64,000 nucleotides of DNA from Oscillospiraceae bacterium. Its GTDB lineage: Bacteria; Bacillota; Clostridia; Oscillospirales; Ruminococcaceae. The translations under genes and the position numbers were made by a program. The notes below the pieces were generated by a model. The model did not search any database. It was not told the DNA's origin and worked only from the letters and a program-made list of their open reading frames with translations. Numbering within the stretch: position 1 is the stretch's first letter; each line of letters begins with the position of its first letter. Of this stretch, positions 54,399 through 62,521 are shown in pieces. The DNA lies in assembly GCA_045546475.1 (NCBI GenBank), contig JAZQCT010000054.1, positions 3,342 through 67,341 of the forward strand, written 5' to 3'.

Positions 54399-54907
54399 TC
54401 TCCTGTATCATTCTGTGCAAGCCCCAGTACTGCCAGCACTGCCGCCGCCGCTGCCGCAGGTGTGCGGGATGCGTCCGCAGTGTGGGTGCTGTGCTTCTGG
54501 TAGATCGTCCGGCGGGCATTGTACAGCTCCTCCAGTTCATCGCGGGTGCTGCGGCGCACGATCGGACGGTCGGAATCTGCAATACGGCGGTAGCAGGTGT
54601 GGAACGGTACCTCCAGGTATACCACCGTGCCGTGTTCTGCAGCGATCCTTGCGTTTTCCTCTCGGAGCATCGCGCCGCCGCCGCAGGCAATGATGCCGTC
54701 ACGCACCGCAAGCTCACGGATCGCCTGTGTTTCCAGGTCGCGGAAATGCGGTTCGCCGTACTGCGCGAAGATCTCCGGAATGGTCATTCCTGCCTGTTCC
54801 TCAATATAGGCATCCATATCCACAAAAGGGCAGTCAAGCTGTCTGGCAAGCCGTTCGCCGACCGTGCTTTTGCCGCAGCCCATGAAGCCGCATAAAAAAA
54901 TTGTCAT
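54389..54907 (-). CDS. aroK: Shikimate kinase
   Basis: P-loop GFMGCGKSTVG. GGGA shikimate-binding motif. Adjacent to aroE. Confidence 0.9.
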   Translation of the reverse strand: MTIFLCGFMGCGKSTVGERLARQLDCPFVDMDAYIEEQAGMTIPEIFAQYGEPHFRDLETQAIRELAVRDGIIACGGGAMLREENARIAAEHGTVVYLEVPFHTCYRRIADSDRPIVRRSTRDELEELYNARRTIYQKHSTHTADASRTPAAAAAAVLAVLGLAQNDTGECE

Positions 54908-54909
54908 AT

Positions 54910-55770
54910 TCAGCCCTCCTGTACCGGGAAATCACGGTTTACAGTTTCTTCCAGCTCGCGGATGATGCCCTGCACCTCTTCCAGCGTGTAGGTATCGCCG
55001 TCCCAGATCTCATGGGCGCGGACTGCCTGCCATACCAGCATTGCCGCACCGCCCACAGCGGGCTTGCCCATTGCCTTTGCCTGACGGATGAGCTGTGTTT
55101 CCGTCGGATTATAGATCACATCGAATACATTGTCACACAGCGCGAGCTGTTCCGCACTGATGGGGCAGGCCTTCGTTTTCGGGTACATGCCCACAGGACA
55201 CGCATTCATCAGCAGGTCGAAATGTCCGAGTGCGCCGTCCTTGTCGCTGCCGGTCAGTACGATGCTGACGCAGGTATCGGGCGCAATGGCAGCAAGCTCT
55301 CCGCGCAGAGCCTCGGCAAGCGGCATGTCCGATGCCAGCACCATCAGCACAAGCTCCTGTGCGCCGTGCAGTGCAGTTTCGATCGCCATCATCCTGCCAA
55401 CGCCCCCGCAGCCGATGAGCAGTACTCTGCCGTCAAGCGGCATTCCCTCCACACTGCGGAGAAAACCCACACAGTCGGTATTATAACCGATGGCTTTGCC
55501 CTCCTGGTTTGCCACGCAGTTGACGGAATTGTAACGCTTCGCGGTCTCATCCAACTCATCCAGGAAGGGGATGATATTCACCTTATGAGGAATGGTGATG
55601 TTATAGCCGCCCAGCTCCCGCAGAGCCGGTGACTTTTCTGCCAGCTCCTCCGTGGGAATGGCAGTCAGGCTGTAGTCCGCCTCACGGCTTCTGAGCGCGA
55701 ACAGCCTGTCATGAATCATGGGGGACATGGAATGTCCGAGTGGATTGCCGATCAATGTATAATGACGCAT
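54910..55770 (-). CDS. aroE: Shikimate 5-dehydrogenase
   Basis: SD ggaggt before ATG 55770. LIGNPLGHSMSP, NITIPHK, GYNTD and GCGGVG motifs. ORF-track start 55941 is an unsupported extension. Confidence 0.9.
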   Translation of the reverse strand: MRHYTLIGNPLGHSMSPMIHDRLFALRSREADYSLTAIPTEELAEKSPALRELGGYNITIPHKVNIIPFLDELDETAKRYNSVNCVANQEGKAIGYNTDCVGFLRSVEGMPLDGRVLLIGCGGVGRMMAIETALHGAQELVLMVLASDMPLAEALRGELAAIAPDTCVSIVLTGSDKDGALGHFDLLMNACPVGMYPKTKACPISAEQLALCDNVFDVIYNPTETQLIRQAKAMGKPAVGGAAMLVWQAVRAHEIWDGDTYTLEEVQGIIRELEETVNRDFPVQEG

Positions 55771-55984
55771 AATGATACCTCCGTAATTGTAGGAATGATT
55801 CCTCTTAATCATAGCATATTTCCGCAGAAAATACAATGGTTTTTCCGTAATTTTTCCGCGAAACGCCTGTGGATCCGTCATAGAATATTCATATTCTCTC
55901 TGCAAATGCCCGATTTTTTCTTCTTTTTGTTTAAGGTGCATAAATCTAAAGTTGAAAACGAATCAAAAATCGTAGCAATGGCTA

Positions 55985-56014
55985 TTGACGGATACCCCTG
56001 TTTTCCGATATACT
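55985..56014 (+). promoter_or_regulatory. SigA-type promoter of the ACP / surface-protein-1 operon
   Basis: TTGACG-18-TATACT. Confidence 0.4.
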
Positions 56015-56073
56015 ATTTTTAGAAAAATCTGTCATCACAATCCTGGCAGAATGAACCGACTGGAGGTATGATT

Positions 56074-56313
56074 ATGGAGTTTGAAACAGTTGCAGGCATC
56101 ATTGCAGAGCATTTCGGCATGGATGCGGAGGACATCACAGAGGATACGGATATTTTAGAGGATCTGAATGCGACATCCATGGATGCTGTGGAGCTGATCG
56201 TAGCCATTGAAAGTGCAACCGATGTCAGCATTCCGGATGAGGCTGTGGATGAGATCCGCACCGTGAATGACATTGTAAATTACCTGAAGGCAAATATGCC
56301 GGAAGAAGAATAA
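56074..56313 (+). CDS. Orphan acyl-carrier-protein-like protein
   Basis: SD ggagg 7 nt before ATG 56074. Four-helix ACP pattern with LEDLNATSMDAVELIVAIE in place of LGADSLDTVELVMALE. No fab/PKS/NRPS genes nearby. Confidence 0.7.
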   Translation: MEFETVAGIIAEHFGMDAEDITEDTDILEDLNATSMDAVELIVAIESATDVSIPDEAVDEIRTVNDIVNYLKANMPEEE

Positions 56314-56322
56314 GGTGATCCT

Positions 56323-57132
56323 ATGAAAAAACATGTGCGCATTGCGGCGGCATTGCTGACCGCCGGCTGTCTGCTCTGCGGTCCCGGGCTGACTGCATCC
56401 GCGTACACCATTGAGGATGTTGTCGAAAAATCCCGCGAGGTCGGCATTCCCGAAGCGTCGATCCAGGTCGGCATCAACAACTGGGAAAGCGGCAGATGGA
56501 CGCAGGAGGAGCTTGACGCGGTTTATATCGCACTTGTTACCTTTGGCGCGGATACGGACGAAATGCTTGAGGAGTTTTTCAAAGAGGAATACGGCGGCAC
56601 CATGCCCCCGGAAGCCCCCACGGAAACACCCTCCGAGCCTGCGGAAACCGCTGTTACGGACGTACAGGGCGGTACTGCCGGGGATGTACCGGAGGAGACC
56701 GCACCCCCTGAAACCGAACCTGCCAAGGACTTTATCCACATGACGGCGGAGGAAAAGCGTGCCTATGTCAATGCCATGGCACCGGAGGAGCGCGAAGCCT
56801 TTCTGGCAAACCTGACCCCGGCAGAGCGCAACAGCATCCTGAAGCAGATGTCCGTGGAGGACCAGATGGCACTGCTGCAGAATTATATCAACATTGCAGA
56901 GGACATGGGCATCAACGTTGCCGTGGATTCTCTTTCGGAGGAAGGCATTGCTGTGACCATGCGTGATGAAGCCGGCATCGTCATCGACAAGACCCAGACC
57001 GGCATCACTGTTGACCCTACCGGCATTTCCTATGACGGTCTGCTGCTCGCGGCGGCACTGTCCGTCCTGCTGGCATCCGGCGGCTTTGCAGGCGTGTACC
57101 GCTGGCTCTGCCGCAATGAACAACCCAACTGA
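56323..57132 (+). CDS. Secreted surface protein paralog 1 with C-terminal sorting-signal-like tail (VDPTG + TM + basic end)
   Basis: Signal peptide. Paralog of 58611..59546. Tail is TGITVDPTGISYDG-LLLAAALSVLLASGGFAGV-YRWLCRNEQPN. Confidence 0.6.
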   Translation: MKKHVRIAAALLTAGCLLCGPGLTASAYTIEDVVEKSREVGIPEASIQVGINNWESGRWTQEELDAVYIALVTFGADTDEMLEEFFKEEYGGTMPPEAPTETPSEPAETAVTDVQGGTAGDVPEETAPPETEPAKDFIHMTAEEKRAYVNAMAPEEREAFLANLTPAERNSILKQMSVEDQMALLQNYINIAEDMGINVAVDSLSEEGIAVTMRDEAGIVIDKTQTGITVDPTGISYDGLLLAAALSVLLASGGFAGVYRWLCRNEQPN

Positions 57133-57197
57133 TCCAATGCCCTGCTGTACGGCGGGGCATTTGTCGCAATAGGCATACACGCAAATCAATTTTCAAA

Positions 57198-57296
57198 AAA
57201 ATCGGTTTCAAAAGGCGGTAGCCTTTGGCGGAGGCGGTGCGCAGCACCGCCCCAAAATCCCCCTCCCTCCGGGAGGGGGTAGGGGGTGGGGCAATT
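57198..57296. repeat. Family 1 internal modules without terminal inverted repeats
   Basis: aaaaatcggtttcaaaaggcggtagcctttggcggaggcggtgcgcagcaccgcccc.aaatccccctccctccgggaggggg.agggggtggggcaa is nearly identical to 61377-61486, but the ends are missing. Confidence 0.7.
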
Positions 57297-57350
57297 TAGG
57301 TAAGCCCCGATAAAGAAAAATAGATTTGCGTGATAGGCATAATCTGGCAC

Positions 57351-57379
57351 TTGCAATTTCCTATCGTTTCTGGTATAAT
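57351..57379 (+). promoter_or_regulatory. SigA-type promoter of the GTPase / surface-protein-2 / sortase operon
   Basis: TTGCAA-17-TATAAT. Confidence 0.5.
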
Positions 57380-57440
57380 GAAAATGGATGAGGATTTTTT
57401 CAAAAAACGACAGAATCTGACAAAAAGGGGGCTCGCACCC

Positions 57441-58574
57441 ATGACCATCGACACCACCAAAATGGTGCAGGAATGCATGAATGCCATCAATGAGCGCATC
57501 CGCAATCTGAAGCACCTGAATATCATCGTTGCCGGCAAAACCGGAGTCGGCAAGAGTACGCTTATCAACAGCATTTTCCGCGAACAGCTTGCGGATACCG
57601 GCATCGGTATGCCGGTGACAACACATATGAAGCAGTACAGCAAGAAGAACTTCCCCCTGACGATCTACGATACCAGGGGCTTTGAGCTGGGTAAGGAGGC
57701 GCAGAAGGAGGTCAAGCAGGAGATCCTTGACACCATCCGCCGCGGACATGCTGCAAAGGATGTCAACCAGGCGGTGCACTGTATCTGGTACTGCATCAAT
57801 ACCGCGTCCGACCGGATCGAGCCGGAGGAGATTGACTGGCTGCGCGATTTTGCAGAGGAAAACAAAACCACGCAGGTTCCCGTCATCCTCGTGCTGACCA
57901 AATCCTTCTCCAAGAAGAATGCCAAGCAGATGCGGGACTATATCCTCAATGAAAATCTCAGCGTATGTCAGGTCGTTCCGGTGCTTGCGTCCGATTATGA
58001 GATCGACGAGGACTATGTGGTAAAGGCATACGGTCTTGACACCCTCATTGAGATCATGGCGGAGCTTCTGCCGGATGAATTGCAGGACACGCTCCAGAAT
58101 GTCCAGATCGCATCATTAGAGCAAAAAAAAAGACGTGCGCACGCCGCCGTTGCGGCAGCGACTACAGCAGCCTTTGGTGAGGGCTTTGTCCCCGTCCCCT
58201 TTGCGGATGCGGCGATGCTCGTGCCGACGCAGGTCACCATGATCGCCTCGATTACGGCAATTTTCGGGCTGAATATCAGCCGGAGCATCATCACGGGCTT
58301 TGTGTCCTCCACGCTCGGTGCGGGCGGTGCAACCATCCTCGGCAGGACGATCGTTGCCAACCTCGTCAAGCTCCTCCCCGGTGCCGGCACTGCGGCAGGG
58401 GGCATGATCTCCGGCGCAACGGCAGGACTCCTGACCACCGCACTCGGCGAGGCGTACATCCAGCTGATGACAGCCGTATACAAAGGCGAGCTGAAGGCAT
58501 CTGAGATTGATTCCGATGCCGGAAGAAAGAAAATGAAGGCGTTCTTCCAGGAACGTCTGAAAGCCAACCGCTGA
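57441..58574 (+). CDS. P-loop GTPase fused to DUF697-like membrane-associated domain
   Basis: SD aaggggg 7 nt before ATG 57441. G1 GKTGVGKS, G3 DTRG, G4-like TKSF. C-half Ala/Gly-rich amphipathic/TM segments resembling YcjF/DUF697. Confidence 0.6.
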   Translation: MTIDTTKMVQECMNAINERIRNLKHLNIIVAGKTGVGKSTLINSIFREQLADTGIGMPVTTHMKQYSKKNFPLTIYDTRGFELGKEAQKEVKQEILDTIRRGHAAKDVNQAVHCIWYCINTASDRIEPEEIDWLRDFAEENKTTQVPVILVLTKSFSKKNAKQMRDYILNENLSVCQVVPVLASDYEIDEDYVVKAYGLDTLIEIMAELLPDELQDTLQNVQIASLEQKKRRAHAAVAAATTAAFGEGFVPVPFADAAMLVPTQVTMIASITAIFGLNISRSIITGFVSSTLGAGGATILGRTIVANLVKLLPGAGTAAGGMISGATAGLLTTALGEAYIQLMTAVYKGELKASEIDSDAGRKKMKAFFQERLKANR

Positions 58575-58610
58575 GCGGAAGCTCACACACAGAAAAAAGG
58601 AAGGTATACA

Positions 58611-59546
58611 ATGAAAAAGAACAGATTATGCGCAAATGCCCTTGCTGCCATGCTTTCGGCAGGCGTTCTCTGCTGCGGTGCAGGACTTCAGGTGTCCGCG
58701 ATCACTGTAGATGACGTTGCCCAGAAGGCGCGCGAGGTCGGCTTCCCGGAGGAGCAGGTACAGCTGGGCTACAATTACTGGGCGACCGGCGAGTACACCG
58801 AAGCCGATCTGGAAATGGCATATGCCAAGCTCTGCGAATATGATACGCAGGCAGACGACAAGATCGACAGCATTTTTGACACCGGCAGCACCTCCCAGCC
58901 CACCGTGTCCGAACCTGACCGCACAGGCAGTGAAACCGCCGCACCTACCCAGCCGGCAGGAACTGCCTCCGGCGGGAACAGCTCCGCAGGAAATACTTCC
59001 TCGGAAGCGGCTGACAGTGCAGCCTCCGGCGGCACTTTCTCCGATGCAGGTACCTCCGGCGGGAACACATCTGCCGTTCAGACAGAACCCGCTGCACCCG
59101 CAGAGACACAGCCCGCAGCCACGACGGTCAATTCCTATGATTTCATCATGATGACACTGGATGAAAAGATCGCCTATGTCAATTCCATGAGTCCGGAGGA
59201 TAAGGAGAATTTCCTCAACAACCTGACACCCGGCGAGCGCAACAGCATCATCAAGCAGATGAATGTCAACGACCAGGCAGAGCTGCTGCAGGGCTATATC
59301 GACGCGGCAAAGGGCATGAACATGAACATTGCTGTGGACTCTATCTCCGCAGAGGGCATTGCTATCACCGTGCGTGATGATGAGGGAACCATCGTGGACA
59401 AGACCGCTACCGGCATCACCATTGATGAAACCGGCATTTCCTATGACGGACTGTTTGCAGCTTCTGCGGCAGCAGTGCTTCTGGCAGCAGCCGGCTTTGT
59501 GCTGATCTACCGTCATCTCTGCCGTGCTGACGGCGGTGTACAATAA
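58611..59546 (+). CDS. Secreted surface protein paralog 2 with C-terminal sorting-signal-like tail (IDETG + TM + basic end)
   Basis: SD aaggaagg. Signal peptide. Ser/Thr/Gly-rich linker. Tail is TGITIDETGISYDG-LFAASAAAVLLAAAGFVLI-YRHLCRADGGVQ. Confidence 0.6.
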   Translation: MKKNRLCANALAAMLSAGVLCCGAGLQVSAITVDDVAQKAREVGFPEEQVQLGYNYWATGEYTEADLEMAYAKLCEYDTQADDKIDSIFDTGSTSQPTVSEPDRTGSETAAPTQPAGTASGGNSSAGNTSSEAADSAASGGTFSDAGTSGGNTSAVQTEPAAPAETQPAATTVNSYDFIMMTLDEKIAYVNSMSPEDKENFLNNLTPGERNSIIKQMNVNDQAELLQGYIDAAKGMNMNIAVDSISAEGIAITVRDDEGTIVDKTATGITIDETGISYDGLFAASAAAVLLAAAGFVLIYRHLCRADGGVQ

Positions 59547-59579
59547 GGCAATACCGCACGATCGAGAAAGGAGCGTAAA

Positions 59580-60314
59580 TTGGCGACAAAAGCAGCGACA
59601 AAAAAGGGCGTGCATCCGCTGGTCTATATCCTGACAGCGGTGTTCCTGATGATCCTCTGCACTGCAGTGAGCGCAGTGGCTCTCATCAAGCCCTATGAAA
59701 AAGTACAGACCTATCTGAACATCATCTTTATGGACGATATGAAGATCAAGCCCGCCACCGGTCTGGACGGGCTGGTCATCAAGGAAAATGACATCAGCAC
59801 CGAAAAGCCCGCGGAGGAGGAGAAGGAACAGTTCTCCGACACCGGCGAGGTCATCCGCCCCGCATTCGGCGAGCAGTATGCCGTGCTGGAATGCGAAGCG
59901 GTGGGCATGTCCGTGCCGGTCTACTGGGGTTCTACACCGGAGCTTCTGGAGCGCGGCGCGTGCCAGTCCTCCGCCTCCAAGGTACTCGGCGAGACCGGCA
60001 ACGCGGTCATTGACGCGCATGTGAATACCTTCTTTGCGGATATGCATAAGATCGAGCCGGGCGACGAGGTCGTGCTGTATACCCAGTACGGCATCTTCAC
60101 CTACAAGGCATTTGAACAGGTGAGATTCGAGAACACGGACAAGACCTACATCCTCCCCATGGATACCGACCGCCTGACGCTCTATACCTGTGAAGCGCAG
60201 GTACTCGGTACCTCCACCACAAGAGTGGGCGTACTCTGTGAGCTGGTGAGCAAGCAGTTCTATGCGGATCCCGGCGCGGAGGATGCACTGACAACACAGG
60301 AGGCGGCAGAATGA
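59580..60314 (+). CDS. Sortase-family transpeptidase (class not assignable by eye)
   Basis: SD aaaggag then TTG 59580. N-terminal TM. His in AVIDAHVNTF, catalytic Cys in RLTLYTCE, downstream Arg in TTRVGVLCE. Confidence 0.7.
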   Translation: MATKAATKKGVHPLVYILTAVFLMILCTAVSAVALIKPYEKVQTYLNIIFMDDMKIKPATGLDGLVIKENDISTEKPAEEEKEQFSDTGEVIRPAFGEQYAVLECEAVGMSVPVYWGSTPELLERGACQSSASKVLGETGNAVIDAHVNTFFADMHKIEPGDEVVLYTQYGIFTYKAFEQVRFENTDKTYILPMDTDRLTLYTCEAQVLGTSTTRVGVLCELVSKQFYADPGAEDALTTQEAAE

Positions 60315-61225
60315 GAAAGATCAGATGTTATATTCCCAATGTCCTGCTGACCTTCCTGCTGGTCTTTCTGCTGCTTGCCAGCGGTGTGACCGCCTTTGTC
60401 AGCACACAGGTACTGAACGCCGATACCTTCCGTGTGGTCACAGCCCAGGAGGGGCTTGCGGATAAGGCATACAGCTCCCTTGCGAGCTATTTCAAGACCC
60501 GTGCCAACAGTACGGGCATTCCGGCAGAGGTCTTCACGGAAGTCATGGATCGTGATGAACTGGAGGATGCCATCAATGCCAGCGTTGCACAGGCGTTTGA
60601 TTATCTGAACGGCAAAACGGAAGCCTATGCATTTACAATGGACTTCACTGCCCTGGAAGCCTCTGTCAACGGCTTTTTCAGCGATTATGCAGAGAAAAAC
60701 AATGTAGTCAAGGACAAGGTGTACGAGGAAAAGGTCGCCTCCGTCATTGCAGAAGCAGAGGCGGAGATCCTGTTCGTTGCCGATACCTTCAAGCTGTCCA
60801 TGATGTATGAAAAGGGCTGGCTGGGTACAGCACGGCATTACCTGACTTATCTGGGCATGGCACAGAACGCCTGCCTGATCGCACTTGCCGTGGTGCTGGT
60901 GCTGCTTCTGCTGTGCAATCTCCGGCAGATCTCCCACATGCTCTACTGGTGCGGCATTGCCGGCATGACTTCTGCTCTGCTCCTGCTCGCGCCCTGCATC
61001 TATGTGACGGAAACGGACTATTTTGCCGGCTTCGCCATCAAGGATCCGCAGATCTTCGCGGCAGTGGTGGGCTTTCTGGAGCTGCTGGTAAGCCGTGCGC
61101 AGACCATGGCAGTCATCACACTGGGCATTTCCATCGGCTGTCTGGTGATCTTCGGCATTATCCGCGCCGTGTGCGGAAGGAAGCAGGCGGAGCTTCCCGC
61201 GGAAAGCGTACAGGAAACAGAATAA
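60311..61225 (+). CDS. Polytopic membrane protein, translationally coupled to the sortase
   Basis: ATGA overlap with the sortase stop. N-terminal TM, ~150-aa extracytoplasmic segment, 3-4 C-terminal TMs. No family recognised. Confidence 0.5.
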   Translation: MRKIRCYIPNVLLTFLLVFLLLASGVTAFVSTQVLNADTFRVVTAQEGLADKAYSSLASYFKTRANSTGIPAEVFTEVMDRDELEDAINASVAQAFDYLNGKTEAYAFTMDFTALEASVNGFFSDYAEKNNVVKDKVYEEKVASVIAEAEAEILFVADTFKLSMMYEKGWLGTARHYLTYLGMAQNACLIALAVVLVLLLLCNLRQISHMLYWCGIAGMTSALLLLAPCIYVTETDYFAGFAIKDPQIFAAVVGFLELLVSRAQTMAVITLGISIGCLVIFGIIRAVCGRKQAELPAESVQETE

Positions 61226-61233
61226 TACAAAAT

Positions 61234-61266
61234 GGGTACGGCAGTGCGCCGTACCCGCATTTTTTG
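61234..61266 (+). terminator. Intrinsic terminator after the sortase operon
   Basis: gggtacggc-agtgc-gccgtaccc followed by gcatttttt. Confidence 0.8.
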
Positions 61267-61284
61267 ACACACGTACTGCAAATA

Positions 61285-61313
61285 TTGACATTTCCTCCAG
61301 AATCTGCTATACT
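61285..61313 (+). promoter_or_regulatory. SigA-type promoter upstream of nadA
   Basis: TTGACA-17-TATACT. The leader would contain MITE copy J. Confidence 0.5.
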
Positions 61314-61352
61314 ATGTACAGACCCGCCGGGCAGAAGCGGCGGAAATTGTGA

Positions 61353-61509
61353 TACTAATCCCCCAACTATAATAGACAAAATCGGTTTCAAAAGGCGATA
61401 GCCTTTGGCGGAGACGGTGCGCAGCACCGCCCCTAAATCCCCCTCCCTCCGGGAGGGGGCAGGGGGTGGGGCAAATTAAAGTTGTCTATTGGGGTTAAGG
61501 GGATTAGTA
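61353..61509. mobile_element. MITE-like element, family 1, copy J (157 bp, longest)
   Basis: Ends are tactaatccccc..aatagacaa / ttgtctatt..ggggattagta. Direct TGA at 61350-61352 and 61510-61512. Lies between the predicted nadA promoter and the nadA SD. Confidence 0.75.
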
Positions 61510-61537
61510 TGAAATTATGAAAGGAACAGAAAATACT

Positions 61538-62482
61538 ATGAATGAACAGATTCAGAAAATCCTCGACCTGAAAAAGAAGAACGACATCTATGTGATTGCC
61601 CATCACTATGCCCCTGCCGAGACTCACGAGATCGCCGATGTTCTGGGTGACAGCCGCGACTTTTTCCTGAACGTCCTCAAGGGCTGTGAGCAGAAAAATG
61701 TCCTCGTTCTCGCGCCGACCTTCTTTGCAGAGCTGACCGCAGCCTACATGAAGGATAAGAACGTCTATGTTCCCGGCAGAGGCTCCACCTGCCCGGTGGC
61801 AATGGACAGTATGCTGCAGTTCGATCATGTCAAGCACTGGCGCGACCAGTATCCGGAGCTGCCGCTGGTGGTTTACGGCACATCCCCGCTGAGCATCAAG
61901 CTGCTTGCCGACTATATCGCATTCCCCGGCGATGTACCGGAGGTCATCAATAGCGTGGATGCGGACCGTCTGCTCTATGTGGGCGAGTACAACTGCACCA
62001 ATGAAGCCATGCGCAAGGTGCATAAAGAGGTTCTCGTCTATCCGTACCAGCCGACCTGCAATGTCTATAACAGCGCGTCTGTGAATGATCTGGAAGATCT
62101 GCGCGCAGAATATCCCGACGCACTCGTGATGGTGCATCCGGAATGCTGCGAAGCCATCACCGCCAAGGCAGATTATGCCATCGGTACGGGCAAAATGATG
62201 GAGATCATCCGCAATTCTGCCTGTCCTACGTTCATTCTCGGCGTAGAGAAGAATTTCTACCTGCGCATGTGCAGAGAATTTCCGGACAAGCAGTTCATCC
62301 ACCTGAGTACCTACATTTCCTGCAGCGTGTTCAATGTGATGCGTCTGGACAAGGTGCTGGATGCCTGCGATTTCAGCAATACCGCCGACACCGCAAGAAC
62401 CCAGGTCAAGGCGGACTCTGCGTCCTCCGAGAAGATCACCAGCCTGATCACGAAGATGTATACGGCGTTCGGGCAGATATAA
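61538..62482 (+). CDS. nadA: Quinolinate synthase
   Basis: IAHHYAPAETHEIADVLGDS, CPVAMDS, MVHPEC motifs. Start 61538 vs 61517 is uncertain. Confidence 0.9.
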   Translation: MNEQIQKILDLKKKNDIYVIAHHYAPAETHEIADVLGDSRDFFLNVLKGCEQKNVLVLAPTFFAELTAAYMKDKNVYVPGRGSTCPVAMDSMLQFDHVKHWRDQYPELPLVVYGTSPLSIKLLADYIAFPGDVPEVINSVDADRLLYVGEYNCTNEAMRKVHKEVLVYPYQPTCNVYNSASVNDLEDLRAEYPDALVMVHPECCEAITAKADYAIGTGKMMEIIRNSACPTFILGVEKNFYLRMCREFPDKQFIHLSTYISCSVFNVMRLDKVLDACDFSNTADTARTQVKADSASSEKITSLITKMYTAFGQI

Positions 62483-62488
62483 CCAAAA

Positions 62489-62520
62489 TAAAAACAGGAG
62501 CTTCCCGGCTCCTGTTTTTG
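62489..62520. terminator. Bidirectional terminator between nadA and response regulator
   Basis: aaaaacaggagc-ttcccg-gctcctgttttt. Confidence 0.8.
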
Positions 62521-62521
62521 T

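Noticed and set aside
55882-55897. Palindrome AGAATAT-TC-ATATTCT in the aroE/ACP divergent region as an operator.
   Set aside because: It is a single AT-rich 7-bp inverted repeat in an AT-rich spacer, which is too likely to arise by chance without conservation data.
56068-56073. ACP start at ATG 56068 (ORF-track start).
   Set aside because: The SD ggagg ends only 1 nt before 56068 but 7 nt before ATG 56074, so the second ATG is preferred. The difference is two residues.
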